From Botryllus schlosseri (taxonomy: Eukaryota), in contig CM119380.1 of assembly GCA_051294905.1 (NCBI GenBank), positions 23,126,001-23,190,000 of the forward strand: a DNA stretch of 64,000 nucleotides. Reading direction: 5' to 3'. Shown piece by piece: positions 49,921 through 61,647 of this stretch. Under the pieces are notes generated by a model. It worked only from the letters and a program-made list of their open reading frames with translations, had not been told where the DNA came from and did no database searches. The first letter of the stretch is position 1. Each line of letters starts with the position of its first letter. Position numbers and translations under genes: made by a program.

Positions 49921-52245
49921 ACAAGCCGTGGGAGATCACGGGAACAGATATGCCGATTTCTCTAAAGCAACCATTTCATCCACCTGATTTAAGTAGTATT
50001 TGCCAAGTTGATCTATTTCATTTCCTTATTGTTTCGTTTCCTGTGAACAATGTGATGTTTAAAATGTGGCTGTGAGTGAATGATACATTCACAGTTGTAT
50101 TCTTGCACATGGTGATCCCGGAAATTGAAGGACAATCTCAGGTAGGGTTGAGGAGTGTAGGATATGTGATCCAACAAAATGACTATCAGTCTCAGGCAGT
50201 TTTGTGGAGTTCTAAGGGAATGTGGGACATGAAATGGTGTCCTGAACCGGCAATACTTTCTATAGTAAGGTTATGTAGCTCTCCAAACCGCAATAGCTGC
50301 ATAAACCCAGCTTATATATGACGTTCACTAGCCTAGTCCGAATGGCGACACTCAAATTTTAGGGGAATCCCCTATTTTTAGCCGATATTCTTCCAGCTCA
50401 AAATGCACACGGATGCAAGGGATGAATTACGAAAAAAAGTAGCTAGAATATGTTTTTATGGTATAAGGCATGGGAATCGGACTGAAAACCACGACTTTTT
50501 GAAAGTCGATCAATTCTGAACAACCCTTATAACCAATTGTCTGATCAAAGTCAACGAAAATTGTGTTGACCAGTGTAATCTATCTTATTCGAGTGTCGTA
50601 ATTAGATCTATATAGTTCTCGAGGCTGCAGCGCCAGATCGTTTGCAGAATGAGCGCTGAGCAGAAGGGCAGCAACTATTCCAGTGCTCGTATCTGAGTGG
50701 CGTATCAATTGTGATTCTGATCGAGCAAGAGCCTTCACACCAGTAGTAATAATTACACAACGGCAAACTTGGTGTTGCATATTTTTGTTGGTGTTGTTGT
50801 ATTCATGGTACACCATGGCTCAAATTCCATATTTTTGATTCTGTATCTGCCGACTTGTAGCACGGCCCACTTCCACGCTTTTCGTAAGACACCGCTTGCG
50901 TAGATGAGATGGCAACGAGGAGCCGAGCTAAACCTCCATCAGGTAGGAATTCAGGAGTCGGACTCCACACACAACCCATTGGCCATTAGTGTTGCAGCTG
51001 CGGACTATACCACTACGCTGTCTCGCCACTTTTCAAATTTTTCTTTCAGCGTAACTGAGTGTTCTATAGAAATCGAACCAAGTTGAATACCATTACGAAG
51101 TAACCCACACCTTTATCTGTGTTTTGAACTATCTATAAACACAGCCTCCGATTTTGTCCTGCCCTTTGCTGCACGTGATTCTGCACCATGCAGTGGCGCG
51201 GGAAATACTGCGTTCGCCTACTTCATTGGCCCGGGTTAATACCAGCTGACAAGGAAGGTGTATATGTATAATTGTATGTATACTGATCATTGAACATTGC
51301 ATAGCATATGACTCACGGTGGCACTTGCAGTACCTGGAATCGAATCTACAATATCGGTGGGTTTGACCCAGACCCAGCTCTTGTTGGCAAATTTTAGAAT
51401 CATTCAACTTTTCGGACATTTTAGAATAAGGTCTTCAACTCCGAAGGCACGCGCATGATATGGGCACTTGGGCAGGGCCGTAACTGCCGCACCCCAACCC
51501 AATTGGGGCGGCGAACTCGAATGGGGAGTCAAACTATTATTTCACAAATCAACATAAATTAATCCGTGTAATTTAATATCTACTTCTCAATATCGGTACC
51601 CGCACTGCCCCAATACAAATTAAACATCGTTTATAAAAATAAATAGACATTACAGCGCCCATCATTACCTCTCCACAGCACACGAAGACTTCTGAAGTTT
51701 CAGCCGACTTACGACTTCGCCAAGTGTATTACCAAATAAAACCTTGGCCGAAAATTACACCGCATGATCGCCGAAACCGCCAATAGCCATATATAGCCCG
51801 GGGTCCGGAACCTTTTTCGTTCAAAGAGCCATATCGGCCCTATATTTCCCATTTTGACTCTCAAAGAGCCATACATGTCAGTGAACTTTTACGTCATGAT
51901 TGAAAATTCGTGACGTCATGGTATATCACTAATTCGAACGGCCTACATGGGATTATCTGTGAAAACTCGTACTAATCATGCTGGTTGCGTTGAGCATGCA
52001 AAACTTAAGTTACATAAATTATTTGCAAGTTAGATCTTTTTAATTATAGCACAGTGAGATTGAGAACCATACGATATGTTCGAAACTTAAGACAATTAAC
52101 ACTTAGATTCCCAACAGATGTAATAGTATAAGTTTGAGACTTTCGTCTGTTATACGACATCGTAGGTTCGTAGATCTCTTTTTAAATGCGAGACCCATGA
52201 TCACATGCATAGGTGGAGCCATGGTCATTGGTCACTACAGAAGTA

Positions 52246-55130
52246 GGGTAGAGTGGGGCAAAACGCCTATCCTAAGGGAGAAACGTCATAAAATCCTCCG
52301 TGCTATTCGAGTTGGTCTAAATTTCATAGTATCAACGCGAGATGTCGTACCTTATCCAATATGAATGTATGGAAAGCTTATGTATCGTTTATCAGCAGTA
52401 AAATCATGATTCATCCATGTTCGTCAAAATGCCGTTTTGCCCCATGGGTGGGGCAAAACGCACACGGAGGCGTTTTGCCCTACTACGTCTTACAATTTAC
52501 CCACTGATACTCTGTTAAGGATTTCCCTTTTCATTCGTATACAATTATACATGCTTACTATAGCCCACTATAAATTGGATCCTGTACAAATGTTGCAACC
52601 CAAACATGTAATGAACAAAAAACAAGCTAATGAACGAAAATCTAAAATCAGACGTGCCAAGGCAAATATTGTGCTGAAGTCAGTCAGAAAGGTCGTCGTC
52701 CTCAGAATCACAATTTTGACAAATGAAATGGCGATCTCCAAGCGTACATTCTTGATGTGCCCATAAATGGCAAATGAGACACTGAATCCATTTTTCCCCG
52801 GGCCTACTATTACGGAACGGCTCAACGCAAATCAAGCAAGGCCATTCTTCGTCATCTCTTTTGTTTTTGGGTGGACATTTATCCTTAGGCACCTTCTCCT
52901 TTTTCGATCTCTTTGTAACCAGCTTCGGTGAATTAATTTTTTTTTGCAGAGCGTTTTTATAAGGTGATGACGTAAGCACTTCTGAGTTTTCTGCTTTCCT
53001 GGATCTTTTTCGTTTTGTGGCTGATTTAACCGGCGAACATAACTCGTCTATAGCTTCCCTTGCTTCTGAATGTTTTGAAGTTGAAGCCATGGAAGTTGAT
53101 TTACCTACCTCACAATCCGTGTTATTGGTGGTTCCTCCCACTTCAACTATACTTGGGTCGGTAGTGGAGGAATTATCTTGGCAGTTGTCAGCATTTCCGG
53201 CATGTGGGTCTGGCTCATCGGTCATTTCGGAAGCGATGAAGTCTTCGTCCGAGAATATATCTTTATTGAATGGCCAAAGTCCACAGGCCCTGAAGCCATT
53301 GACGGATTTCTCCACCGTAGCACATCTGTTGTAAGCAACAGCAAAAATCTCGGCCATATCGAAAAATTGGACCCTCTTTCCTGGATTTGTTACCATCCAA
53401 TTGTCCACCGATGAATTATAATTAGATTTTAAAGATTTAAAAAACGTTTTATCGAGTGGTTGCATTTTGTGGGTGCAGTGAGGTGGTAACGTCAAAAGTT
53501 CGATTCCGTTCGAACGGGCATAGTCGATTGCAGCAAGGGTTTTATGGCTATGGTGACCATCCAAGATGATTAAATGTTTTTCATCAATTGTGGGTTTTGC
53601 AATTGAAACGAAATGTTTTAGCCAAACTAAGAAACTTCCTTCATCGGTCCAGCCGTTTGTAGTGCAGTGGCCAATTGATCCAATGGGTGCAATTCTCATT
53701 AGCCCGTCCGCCATTCGTTTTCTTGGAAATATAATCATAGGTGGTATGTATGCTCCCGCCGCATTCGTTGCGCAAATTATCGTGACCGTTTTTCCTCTTT
53801 CCCCGCTCGTCATTTTCCCAACTTCCCGTGCACCTTTCGTCGCAATGATGTTGTCAGGCTTTTGGACATTGGTAATTCCAGTTTGGTCCATATTCCAAAT
53901 ACGAGTTGGCACGTAACAGTGTGAGTTTAAAACGCCCCGATAAGCCGTGTAAAACTTTTCCACTTGAGGCTTATTAAATCCTACTGCCCGTGCTATACTG
54001 GTAGCTTCCGGCTTTCGAATTGATAATTCTTGATGACGTGATAAGAAACCACGTAGCCAGTCTTTGCCAGCCATTTTTACGTCGTCATTGAACCGATGTT
54101 TCATTCCCATCTTTGTGGCAAAGTCATAAGCCAGACGGCGTACGTCCTTTGTAGTTAATCCAAATAAGGCCTTTTCCATGTCCTTAATCTTCGATACTAT
54201 TTCAATTTCATATTGAAGATTTATGTCTGGTTTAAACCTCCCCAGTGAAATAGAACCCGGGTTGGATACTTCTTTATTCGTGTGTCGACGGAGCGTTCTA
54301 GGAGGTATCCCGTAATATATTGCCGTTGTCTTCAACGCCGCGCCGCCTTGCACGGCGTCCATAGCTTTGCGCAAGTTTTCTTCAGAGTATGACGCCCTGG
54401 ATGTTTTCCTTTTATAAGTCCTCACCATGATTTTGTTCTGCAGGTAAATAATAATTGTAGGTTTTGATTAGACTGATCAGTGAACACATTTAGTTGATTC
54501 TTGATCAAACTCGTCAGAGTTCCTGTTTGAGATTTCACACTCATCACGCGTCTTTGCGTGCCATTTAAATAAAGAGTGATTCATTTACAGACCATAACCA
54601 TTTAAAAAAACACCGTACCGGTACTGTATTGGATATTATTGGAAATTCCTTATCAAATAACATGATTTTGATCTCCTGGGTAATGATACGAATGCGAATC
54701 AATTCAAGGGGTAAAACGCCCACTAGCGGCGTTTTACCCCGCGTATATGGTGGGCGTTTTAGCCACGAGGCCACCATTACTTTCGAAACACTAACAAGGT
54801 GGTTATTTTGTGTATCTGACGATGAAATTACACTAAAATCACATCAAACATAGTAGGATCCTAAATAAAATAAGAAATATTCAATCGGCGACCTCAATAG
54901 TTACGTTTCATCCAGTTATATTACGGTTATTTTTGTAAGAAACAAGTCAAAAAGTAATATATCATCGTAAAACTCACCAAGTCCTCTTTCAACTTCAGAA
55001 ATTAAGGTGACAGCTCCGTCTGACCATTAGGCATACTTTGAGCTATTGTGACTCATTCAACAATCACTTTGTTTGGTAATAGCGATGGTGGGCGTTTTAC
55101 CTCACAGGGGCGTTTTACCCCACTCTACCC
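52246..55130 (-). mobile_element. Apparently intact pogo-type (Tc1/mariner superfamily) DNA transposon, 2885 bp
   Basis: 22-bp TIRs GGGTAGAGTGGGG(C/T)AAAACGCC with one mismatch, TA on both sides, internal GGGG(C/T)AAAACGC repeats, and one uninterrupted transposase ORF. Confidence 0.93.
52680..54428 (-). CDS. pogo-like DDE_1 transposase (HTH-psq/CENP-B-type HTH, DD35D, C-terminal PHD-type zinc finger), 582 aa
   Basis: Motifs YGIPPRTLRRH, WLRGFLSRH, WNMDQTG, LIILDGHHSH, QPLD (35 residues between the 2nd and 3rd D by direct count) and CLIC...WIQCLICHLWAHQEC...CQNC. Confidence 0.93.
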   Translation of the reverse strand: MVRTYKRKTSRASYSEENLRKAMDAVQGGAALKTTAIYYGIPPRTLRRHTNKEVSNPGSISLGRFKPDINLQYEIEIVSKIKDMEKALFGLTTKDVRRLAYDFATKMGMKHRFNDDVKMAGKDWLRGFLSRHQELSIRKPEATSIARAVGFNKPQVEKFYTAYRGVLNSHCYVPTRIWNMDQTGITNVQKPDNIIATKGAREVGKMTSGERGKTVTIICATNAAGAYIPPMIIFPRKRMADGLMRIAPIGSIGHCTTNGWTDEGSFLVWLKHFVSIAKPTIDEKHLIILDGHHSHKTLAAIDYARSNGIELLTLPPHCTHKMQPLDKTFFKSLKSNYNSSVDNWMVTNPGKRVQFFDMAEIFAVAYNRCATVEKSVNGFRACGLWPFNKDIFSDEDFIASEMTDEPDPHAGNADNCQDNSSTTDPSIVEVGGTTNNTDCEVGKSTSMASTSKHSEAREAIDELCSPVKSATKRKRSRKAENSEVLTSSPYKNALQKKINSPKLVTKRSKKEKVPKDKCPPKNKRDDEEWPCLICVEPFRNSRPGEKWIQCLICHLWAHQECTLGDRHFICQNCDSEDDDLSD

Positions 55131-55158
55131 TACATGCCCAATGTAATGTGTGATACGT

Positions 55159-55370
55159 CAGTGATGTGGGGGTCAGGGGATCAAGTGAGGCAGTGCCTCA
55201 CCTATCGTCTAGACGAGAAAGCGAAATTTGTGACACCTTATTCGTATTTTCTGTGGTGGTTGTTCATGAATGACTAGATTTTGAACAATTCTACTACCAA
55301 AACCACGCAATTTGCATATTTATTGTTCGAATATGTAGCCCCCAAGGAGAGGCAAGGCACAGGTGGGGCA
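55159..55370 (+). mobile_element. 5' fragment of the same family as the 61648-62503 element
   Basis: Shares CAGTG...AAGTGAGGCAGT(G/C)CCTCACCT...AATTTGCATA...GAGGCA with 61648-61860. Confidence 0.6.
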
Positions 55371-55639
55371 CCTGTGACAGAACAATCCATCTTAAATAGC
55401 TTGGAATTTATAATAAGTGATATTGATCGAGTATAATTTGTCGCACTGATTGCAAAAATCTAAATATTGATCGACTTCTTGATTCTACAAATACTCTTCG
55501 GTAACAGAACGTTGCGCTACACGCTTATATTTTAACAATTTTACCAATCAAGAACGTGGATACTGGGTGGCTATGAGCAATAGCCCTAGATCAGGAACAC
55601 CAAGGGAATTTGAAAACTGCATTGACAGACAGGCGTCGC

Positions 55640-55866
55640 TAGGGCTGCATTTAAAACAAAAATAAATTTAAAACAAACATGTTTAAAACAAGGCGCTAAT
55701 TTAAAACATGTTTTTTGTTGTTTTTATTTACACAATTATGGCATAATTATACAATTTGAAAAAACACAATTTTGTTATTTTTTAAAAGGCCTTTTTTTAA
55801 AACACTGTTTAAAACATGTTTTAATTAAAGTGTTTTAAAACACCGTTTGTTTTAAATGCAACCCTA
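55640..55866. mobile_element. hAT-type MITE, 227 bp
   Basis: Termini TAGGGCTGCATTTAAAACA...TGTTTTAAATGCAACCCTA, many TTTAAAAC subterminal motifs, perfect TSD GGCGTCGC. Confidence 0.88.
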
Positions 55867-56655
55867 GGCGTCGCCATGGCTGCTATTCTCTTTGGTCAAT
55901 TAACGTATCGTGCAATCCAAGATTTCGAGGCGGGTATATCGAATTCGCAAGGGATAATGGTCGACGGTGCGAGAGCAACTATAATTTCAGGAATTTGAAA
56001 AGGGGTTTCAGCCCCTAACGCTGAATAGGGCCTGCACCATGTCTTGACCTATCAAAGACATGTTGCTGCCGCGAGAATAATTATTCTGGCCGTGATGAAA
56101 ATCCACTGACAATTTGCTGGAATATTAATAGGAAAAAATAAAAATTTGGCAGAGAGCCGCATATCTTAGACCTAGAAGAGCCATATATGACTCGCGAGCC
56201 ATAGGTTCGCAACCACTGCTTTAGCCAATTGTCCATATAAGCACGGAATATAGTCCTGCGCTTGGTGTCTGAAGTCACCACATCCCTGGGCTCTACCCGT
56301 AAATCTGATCACGTGGACTGGGGGACGATGAAAAATTATGAGCAATAGCCTATATGCAATTACCAATATTACAGAGAAAATTCAATCCTTAGTATGAAAG
56401 TGCTTCGCGCGGCTACGCACACACATATAGGCTACACACACATGTAGCCTACCAACAAGAAAAGTGCTTTCCTGCATTCGTGTATTTGTGTTTCGGTTCT
56501 GGGTGTAGGCTAAGTCCACAGGTAAGCGAATGGATCTTCCTCTCAGCTGTTGAACAGACCCAGCGTGAGCAGCACAGAATATAGCGATGGCAGTATGGCT
56601 AGCCAGTTTTGTACCGTGTTATACTCCAGCACCCGTGCATTATATCTTCTGGATT

Positions 56656-56883
56656 CTATCGAGGGTTGTTCCTGTTCGTGACTTCTTTCAACATTCGTTC
56701 GAACAGCGTCAGAAGTATCGAGCCCCGTCTTTCAGATGTTGAAGTGACTTCAAGGATTCGTAATCGCAGAAGCTCGTCGTAATAATGTTGCAACATGTCT
56801 TCATGCTCTCGCAATTCTTGTCTCAAAATATCGATCCTGTCGAGAATTCTGCTTTTGCGCTCATTAAACTCGTTGTATTCCAT
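56656..56883 (-). CDS. Small uncharacterised coiled-coil-like ORF (75 aa from ATG)
   Basis: MEYNEFNERKSRILDRIDILRQELREHEDMLQHYYDELLRLRILE... has a heptad-like E/R/L composition. No recognisable homology. Confidence 0.35.
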   Translation of the reverse strand: MEYNEFNERKSRILDRIDILRQELREHEDMLQHYYDELLRLRILEVTSTSERRGSILLTLFERMLKEVTNRNNPR

Positions 56884-57382
56884 AATCGGTATTGCTTTCA
56901 ATTCTGTTCGAAGCTATATAATGTGAACCGTTGTCTGAAATGCACGCGAGGCTATACTGTAAGCGACGATTTCACTATACTTTCAAGTCTTTGCTGTATT
57001 CAATTTCCATGAAAAGGAATTCGTGACTTAACGCTGCATGCTAAGCATATCGCACAGGGCTAGTGCTAACAAGAAAGATTGTGCACCGTCTGGTAATACT
57101 TCCGGTGTACTATCGGCATTCATTCACATTCGCTAAGTAGGCTACGTCATGTCACGTGCTGACTTTATCAATGTTCCCTCTAAGCTGCACGCGTGCGCGG
57201 CGGCGCACTGCTGACAAAGTCGCCGCGCGCGCAAAAAAAAGTCGAAGTCATTACCCTTTTTAGTCGTTACGCACTGTCGTCCAAGGAACCGCGCAGTCAG
57301 TTGGGGAGTGCGCGCAGGCTCGTGAAAAATTAGAGTAAACATTTTTCTTTACCATCACCGTTCTACAGATTTTTACAGTAAG

Positions 57383-57423
57383 AGAGTGGGGCAAACGCCC
57401 AGGCTAGGTAAGACGCCCACCAT
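57383..57423 (+). mobile_element. Diverged solo terminus related to the pogo element
   Basis: AGAGTGGGGCAAACGCCC...GTAAGACGCCCACCATC resembles the reverse complement of 55085-55128. Confidence 0.6.
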
Positions 57424-58409
57424 CAATATAACAGAACAAAGCGAGCGTTGAATGCGTCACAGTATCGCAAATGTCGTCTAATGGTCAGACGAAACTGTCA
57501 CTTTGATGTCCACGCCGGAATGATTATTTGTAACGTTTTGTGAGAATTTATGACTTTCACTCATATTCTTACCAAAAAAGAGCCTTATGCAACGAAGTGA
57601 AATGCCATATTTAACGTATGCTATAGAGCAGACCTGTGGGTAAAGTGCGATCCGCGGGCCAAATGCGGCCCGCGAAGGTTGCTTGGAATTCAAAACATAA
57701 AATTTGCTTTATGAATGACTAAAACCACAGGCTGTAATCAAATGGACAGGAACTTCGCTTACTTTGAAGCCTGTTCATTAATATGCCACGATTACGCTGC
57801 CTAGTTACCTCGCATGCGCAATCCAGATTCAAAGTAAAAGCCAATGAAGCAAAGTAGTAGTATAGCAATTGAAGTTACATGAAATCGCTTTTTAGTTTAG
57901 TTCAAACGTTCTTTGTTGCCATTGTCTCCTTGCGCATTATACGGTATTGCGGACAGGCGATGTGTTTCAAATTGTTACGGGATACGTTTCCAAATCCGCA
58001 TTTCCTGAAACAAGTCAATCAGTGCTCGCGATTACTATATGACTCATCAAGTCATCAGTCATCATATATATCACCCATAAAGAATTAAAGGGCATGCCAA
58101 AAAAAGAAAGCCGAAAACTGAAATTCAAAGATGGTTTAGGTTAAGACTTTAGAGCACTAAATATTTGTATACCGGAGTCAGGGGTAGACCCGTCATTTCA
58201 GTTTTTGCCGAGGGTGTCGCCGAAAGTAAGGGTTTTAATTAAAGTCGGTCTTATGACAAAAACTCGAAACACGCGGTCAATGGAGGGAAAAGTTCAGGAA
58301 AACTGCAAGTTTCGCTCAACATAAGACTATTTAAGCTGCACAGTGCACACTGCTAGGAAGCCATCGACCAAGAAAACAAACTTTGTACTATTGCATATAC
58401 ATTTCAGTG

Positions 58410-58719
58410 CAGTGATTCTCGAACTGGGCCGGGCGTGAAAGCATCAGAAGGGTGGCGCGAAGCCGAAGTTGATTGAAAAAAAATTCGCGTTACTGTCGAT
58501 TTACTCACAGCATATCGTTTTTCCTCTGTGTATTCTCCGACTTTGATATTTCAGAATTCTCTCATCAACAGCCAGAACCGTCCATGCCATCACACTATCC
58601 GTTGGGATTGCTAGCATTCTGGTTGCACTTTTTAATATGTTGCAATATTATGATAAGGGAACGCCAAATTTTTCACTATCATAAAGGAGGCGTCCCTAAA
58701 AAAAGTTTGAGAACCACTG
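58410..58719. mobile_element. Charlie-like hAT MITE (a further solo Charlie-like left end starts at 57629)
   Basis: Ends CAGTGATTCTCGAAC...GTTTGAGAACCACTG; TSD not convincing (about 5/8). Confidence 0.5.
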
Positions 58720-58734
58720 TTAGAGTCTTAATTT

Positions 58735-59033
58735 GATAATCCGAGGATTATCAACGAAAAACTACAATAACTCCGCTTCTACTGGTTGGAATTGAGTCAA
58801 ATTTATTTTGCATCGTCTCTGAAGACAGCTCAACGATTTCATGGGGTTGACAGAAAAATTTGAATTTTTTTTTAATTTTTCTGTTTAAATTAAAAAATTT
58901 AATTGGATCTGCGGAGCCCTATACTTGTTAGAATTGAACCAAATTTAGTGTGCAGCGTTTTTTAGGGTAACCTGACAATTTAATCACTGAATGACAGGAA
59001 TCCAGAAAAATAAGTTATTTTTGAACAGCGCCA
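58735..59033. mobile_element. Diverged half-copy (one arm) of MITE family A2
   Basis: Aligns by eye to the right arm of 9105-9712 (attatcaacgaaaaact...catggggttgacagaaaaattt...ttttgaaca). Confidence 0.75.
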
Positions 59034-59939
59034 TTGTACAATGTACATGTACAAGTACACGATACCTTAACAACGACTCGATCGGCCATATAATGCCACA
59101 ATGCTGAAATACATATTGACGTTTAAAACGTCGCCAAATGTATCATCTGGGGCAATCAAATGATATTATCATACCATGAAATCAATATCTTCCGTCGCTT
59201 TGCCGACAATTTCGACGAGGACATGCAAGTGACTATAAGCTTACGCCTTGACGGTCTACAGGTCAGACCGGACAATGTATTCGGCGTCTGCGTATTGCTG
59301 CGTTGATATTGAGTACAGTGTAAAACGAGTTTCTTTGCTACCGATATTACCTCATTAACAAGTTATACATAGCCAACACCCCAATCGCACGGATCTGGTT
59401 TTTATGATACAATGAACATAAGAAATCAAGATTGACCCGTACGCCTGCTATAGATGTTTTACATCAGACAACGATATCAATTTCATTGATTGGTTGAATA
59501 GGCATCATTCGCTGACTATATACCTGCATGTAGTGTATTTCGCTCTAAATGCTGTGTGATTGCTCGCTGCAGATAGTCACTAAATATTCACAAATGGAAA
59601 GCTGGATATTTCGACCAAACTTTTGTAACAAAGCAAGTAAAATTCAAGGTCAAGGTGCATGCTCGTTTAGTGTTGATTTTTTAAGCTGCCAGCACTATGC
59701 ATAGAGTGGTCCGCAGTTGAAATTCAATAAATTTCAACCAAAGATGGTATAATGAAGTGAAAATTGTAATATATGAAAAAGGTTCACAGTGCAAAAACTA
59801 CTAAGGTTCGTTTGTGAACGTGAACCTCTAAATTTCTAGGGTTCACACACTGAACGCGAACGTGAACCATCCCTACAAAATACTTTGGGGTTTTACTAGA
59901 CTCGAACGCGTCCTGGAAGAGTCATATTCAGATGCAAAA

Positions 59940-60445
59940 AAAATATCATGGAACTGTGGTCTGTTCTACAGCCTTAGAGATTACATATGACATCATCTGT
60001 TGGGGGCTCCCAGTGTTAGCGCAATGAAGTCACTGCAAAAACTACAGCATCAGGTCATCCGTATCATATAGCCAGAATCCCGAAGGGACCAGGATGTGTG
60101 TCCCTGTCCAACAAATCGCTGCTCAAAAGATTCGGTATCCTAAACATAAAAGATATGCAGAAACTAGAAATTGCCAAGTTATGTATCAGCTCCACTGTGG
60201 CCACTGCCCCGATAACTTCAATCACTTCTTTGCCTCGGTACGAAAAGTGCATAAGTACGGCACACGCACATCCACGTCGTCCAACTACCATATGCTAGAC
60301 CAAAAAGATCATCACTCTATCAAATATCCCCGACCTGATTTGTGGAACACTATCTCGCCGGCTACCCGACAGTCATCGAGCATGTCCAATGTCCATTTTC
60401 CAGTCCACATACAACTCGAAATACAAACAATTTCCACTGATTAAA
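59940..60445 (+). pseudogene. Degenerate 3' end of a non-LTR retrotransposon (L2/CR1-group) RT ORF
   Basis: Frameshifted segments LQKLQHQVIRII, SLLKRFGILNIKDMQKLEIAKL and MYQLH...NFNHFF...HKYGTR...SIKY..PDLWN resemble the C-terminus of L2/Crack-type ORF2. Confidence 0.65.
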
Positions 60446-61647
60446 TACAAGTTAGCCCTCCAGTTTACCGGACCGCGACCTGACATATCGATCTCGCCTT
60501 CCTACACATGCCATCTTTTTTGTCAACTCTCCTTTTGTATTATCTGTTTTTACTTTTCATTCTGTGCGCTTGCCTCTTTTTTACATCGCCTATAGGCCAG
60601 GTGGATGTCTGATTTGATTTTGAAGACTATTCCAAGTCGTTTCGACACCTTCCCATATTTCATTGCATCGCAGTCTTGTGGTGTATTGAAATGATTAAAT
60701 TTTTAGCAATAAATTGAATTGAATTAGTTCATTGAATTTTTCACTCACCAGATGTATGTCAGTATGTCTGGGCATATACTATAAAGACGCTGTGTAAGAA
60801 CAGCGATGTAGGAGAGGAGGATCCCAGATATACCTACGACACTTGGACACTCCGCGACGCGCTACTTCTGAGAATCTCGTCGGGGACTCCATCATTGATC
60901 GCGGTAAATTTACCACTACGCCGTAAAAGGCAGGACCGACGCTAGACCCGAGATGACTTAATCGTATATGACATGATCGAAGGTAAGCATGGAATGGCAA
61001 CTATCGATTTTTTGGCTTCGCTGGGACCGGAATCGGGATCGCCTCGCGGCAGCGAATATAGGTTTTCTGTCAATTTGATAGCTGGCGGTTTGATTGTAGA
61101 TTACTAAACTACGGATGGATGGATATCGCATGGTTACGCTTGGTCAAGCAGTGTCTCTTATTACTAGGGCGATTTTTTTACCTAAAAAACGGAATATTTT
61201 GACATTTTTTACCTTAAAATACTTAATTTTGACCAAATTTTGAACATATGCAAATTAGGTGTTTCCCACATAATGTTAGAATTGTACTACTTATCTCCAT
61301 TTCTGGTTGGTCTGTGCTACGAAGTAGTGTGGCCTGAACAAAACTTTTTTGACTCAGAAACTGACAAATTTTTACATGAAAAATATTTATTTTAACGAAA
61401 TCTGACCCTATGAAGAATTCCTGTAGGTACAACACGTATTATGGTAGAAATAATTAAAATTTGTTGCAGTACAACGAATGTAACTTTCCTACATTCTCGG
61501 GTAGAAAGCGTCTGTCCTTACTAAGTAGCTTGCCAATAATGGAGATAGAACATTTAACAGCAGCAGTTGTTGGCTGACAACAGTGAAGTTGTGTCTACAG
61601 TACATTGCTGGTGACACACCGTGTTGCTTCATTCTGGCAATGGTGAC

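Larger units (their letters stand above)
45691..50528 (+). mobile_element. Decayed, formerly autonomous hAT transposon (hATm-like) with ~200-bp terminal inverted repeats
   Basis: Long inverted repeats 45691-~45880 and ~50340-50528 starting TAGGGTTGTTCAGAATTGA; perfect TSD ATAACCAA; internal transposase remnants. Confidence 0.85.
51798..56218. mobile_element. Old hAT (Charlie/SPIN-like termini) element hosting several younger insertions
   Basis: Left end CCGGGGTCCGGAACC...AAGAGCCA; right end GAGCCGCA...GACTCGCGAGCCATAGGTTCGCAACCACTG. Flanks match only about 6/8. Confidence 0.55.

Noticed and set aside
50960-51420. Possible minus-strand micro-exons ending EHSVTLKEKFEKWRDSVVV
   Set aside because: It needs several very small exons and could not be joined into one stop-free frame.
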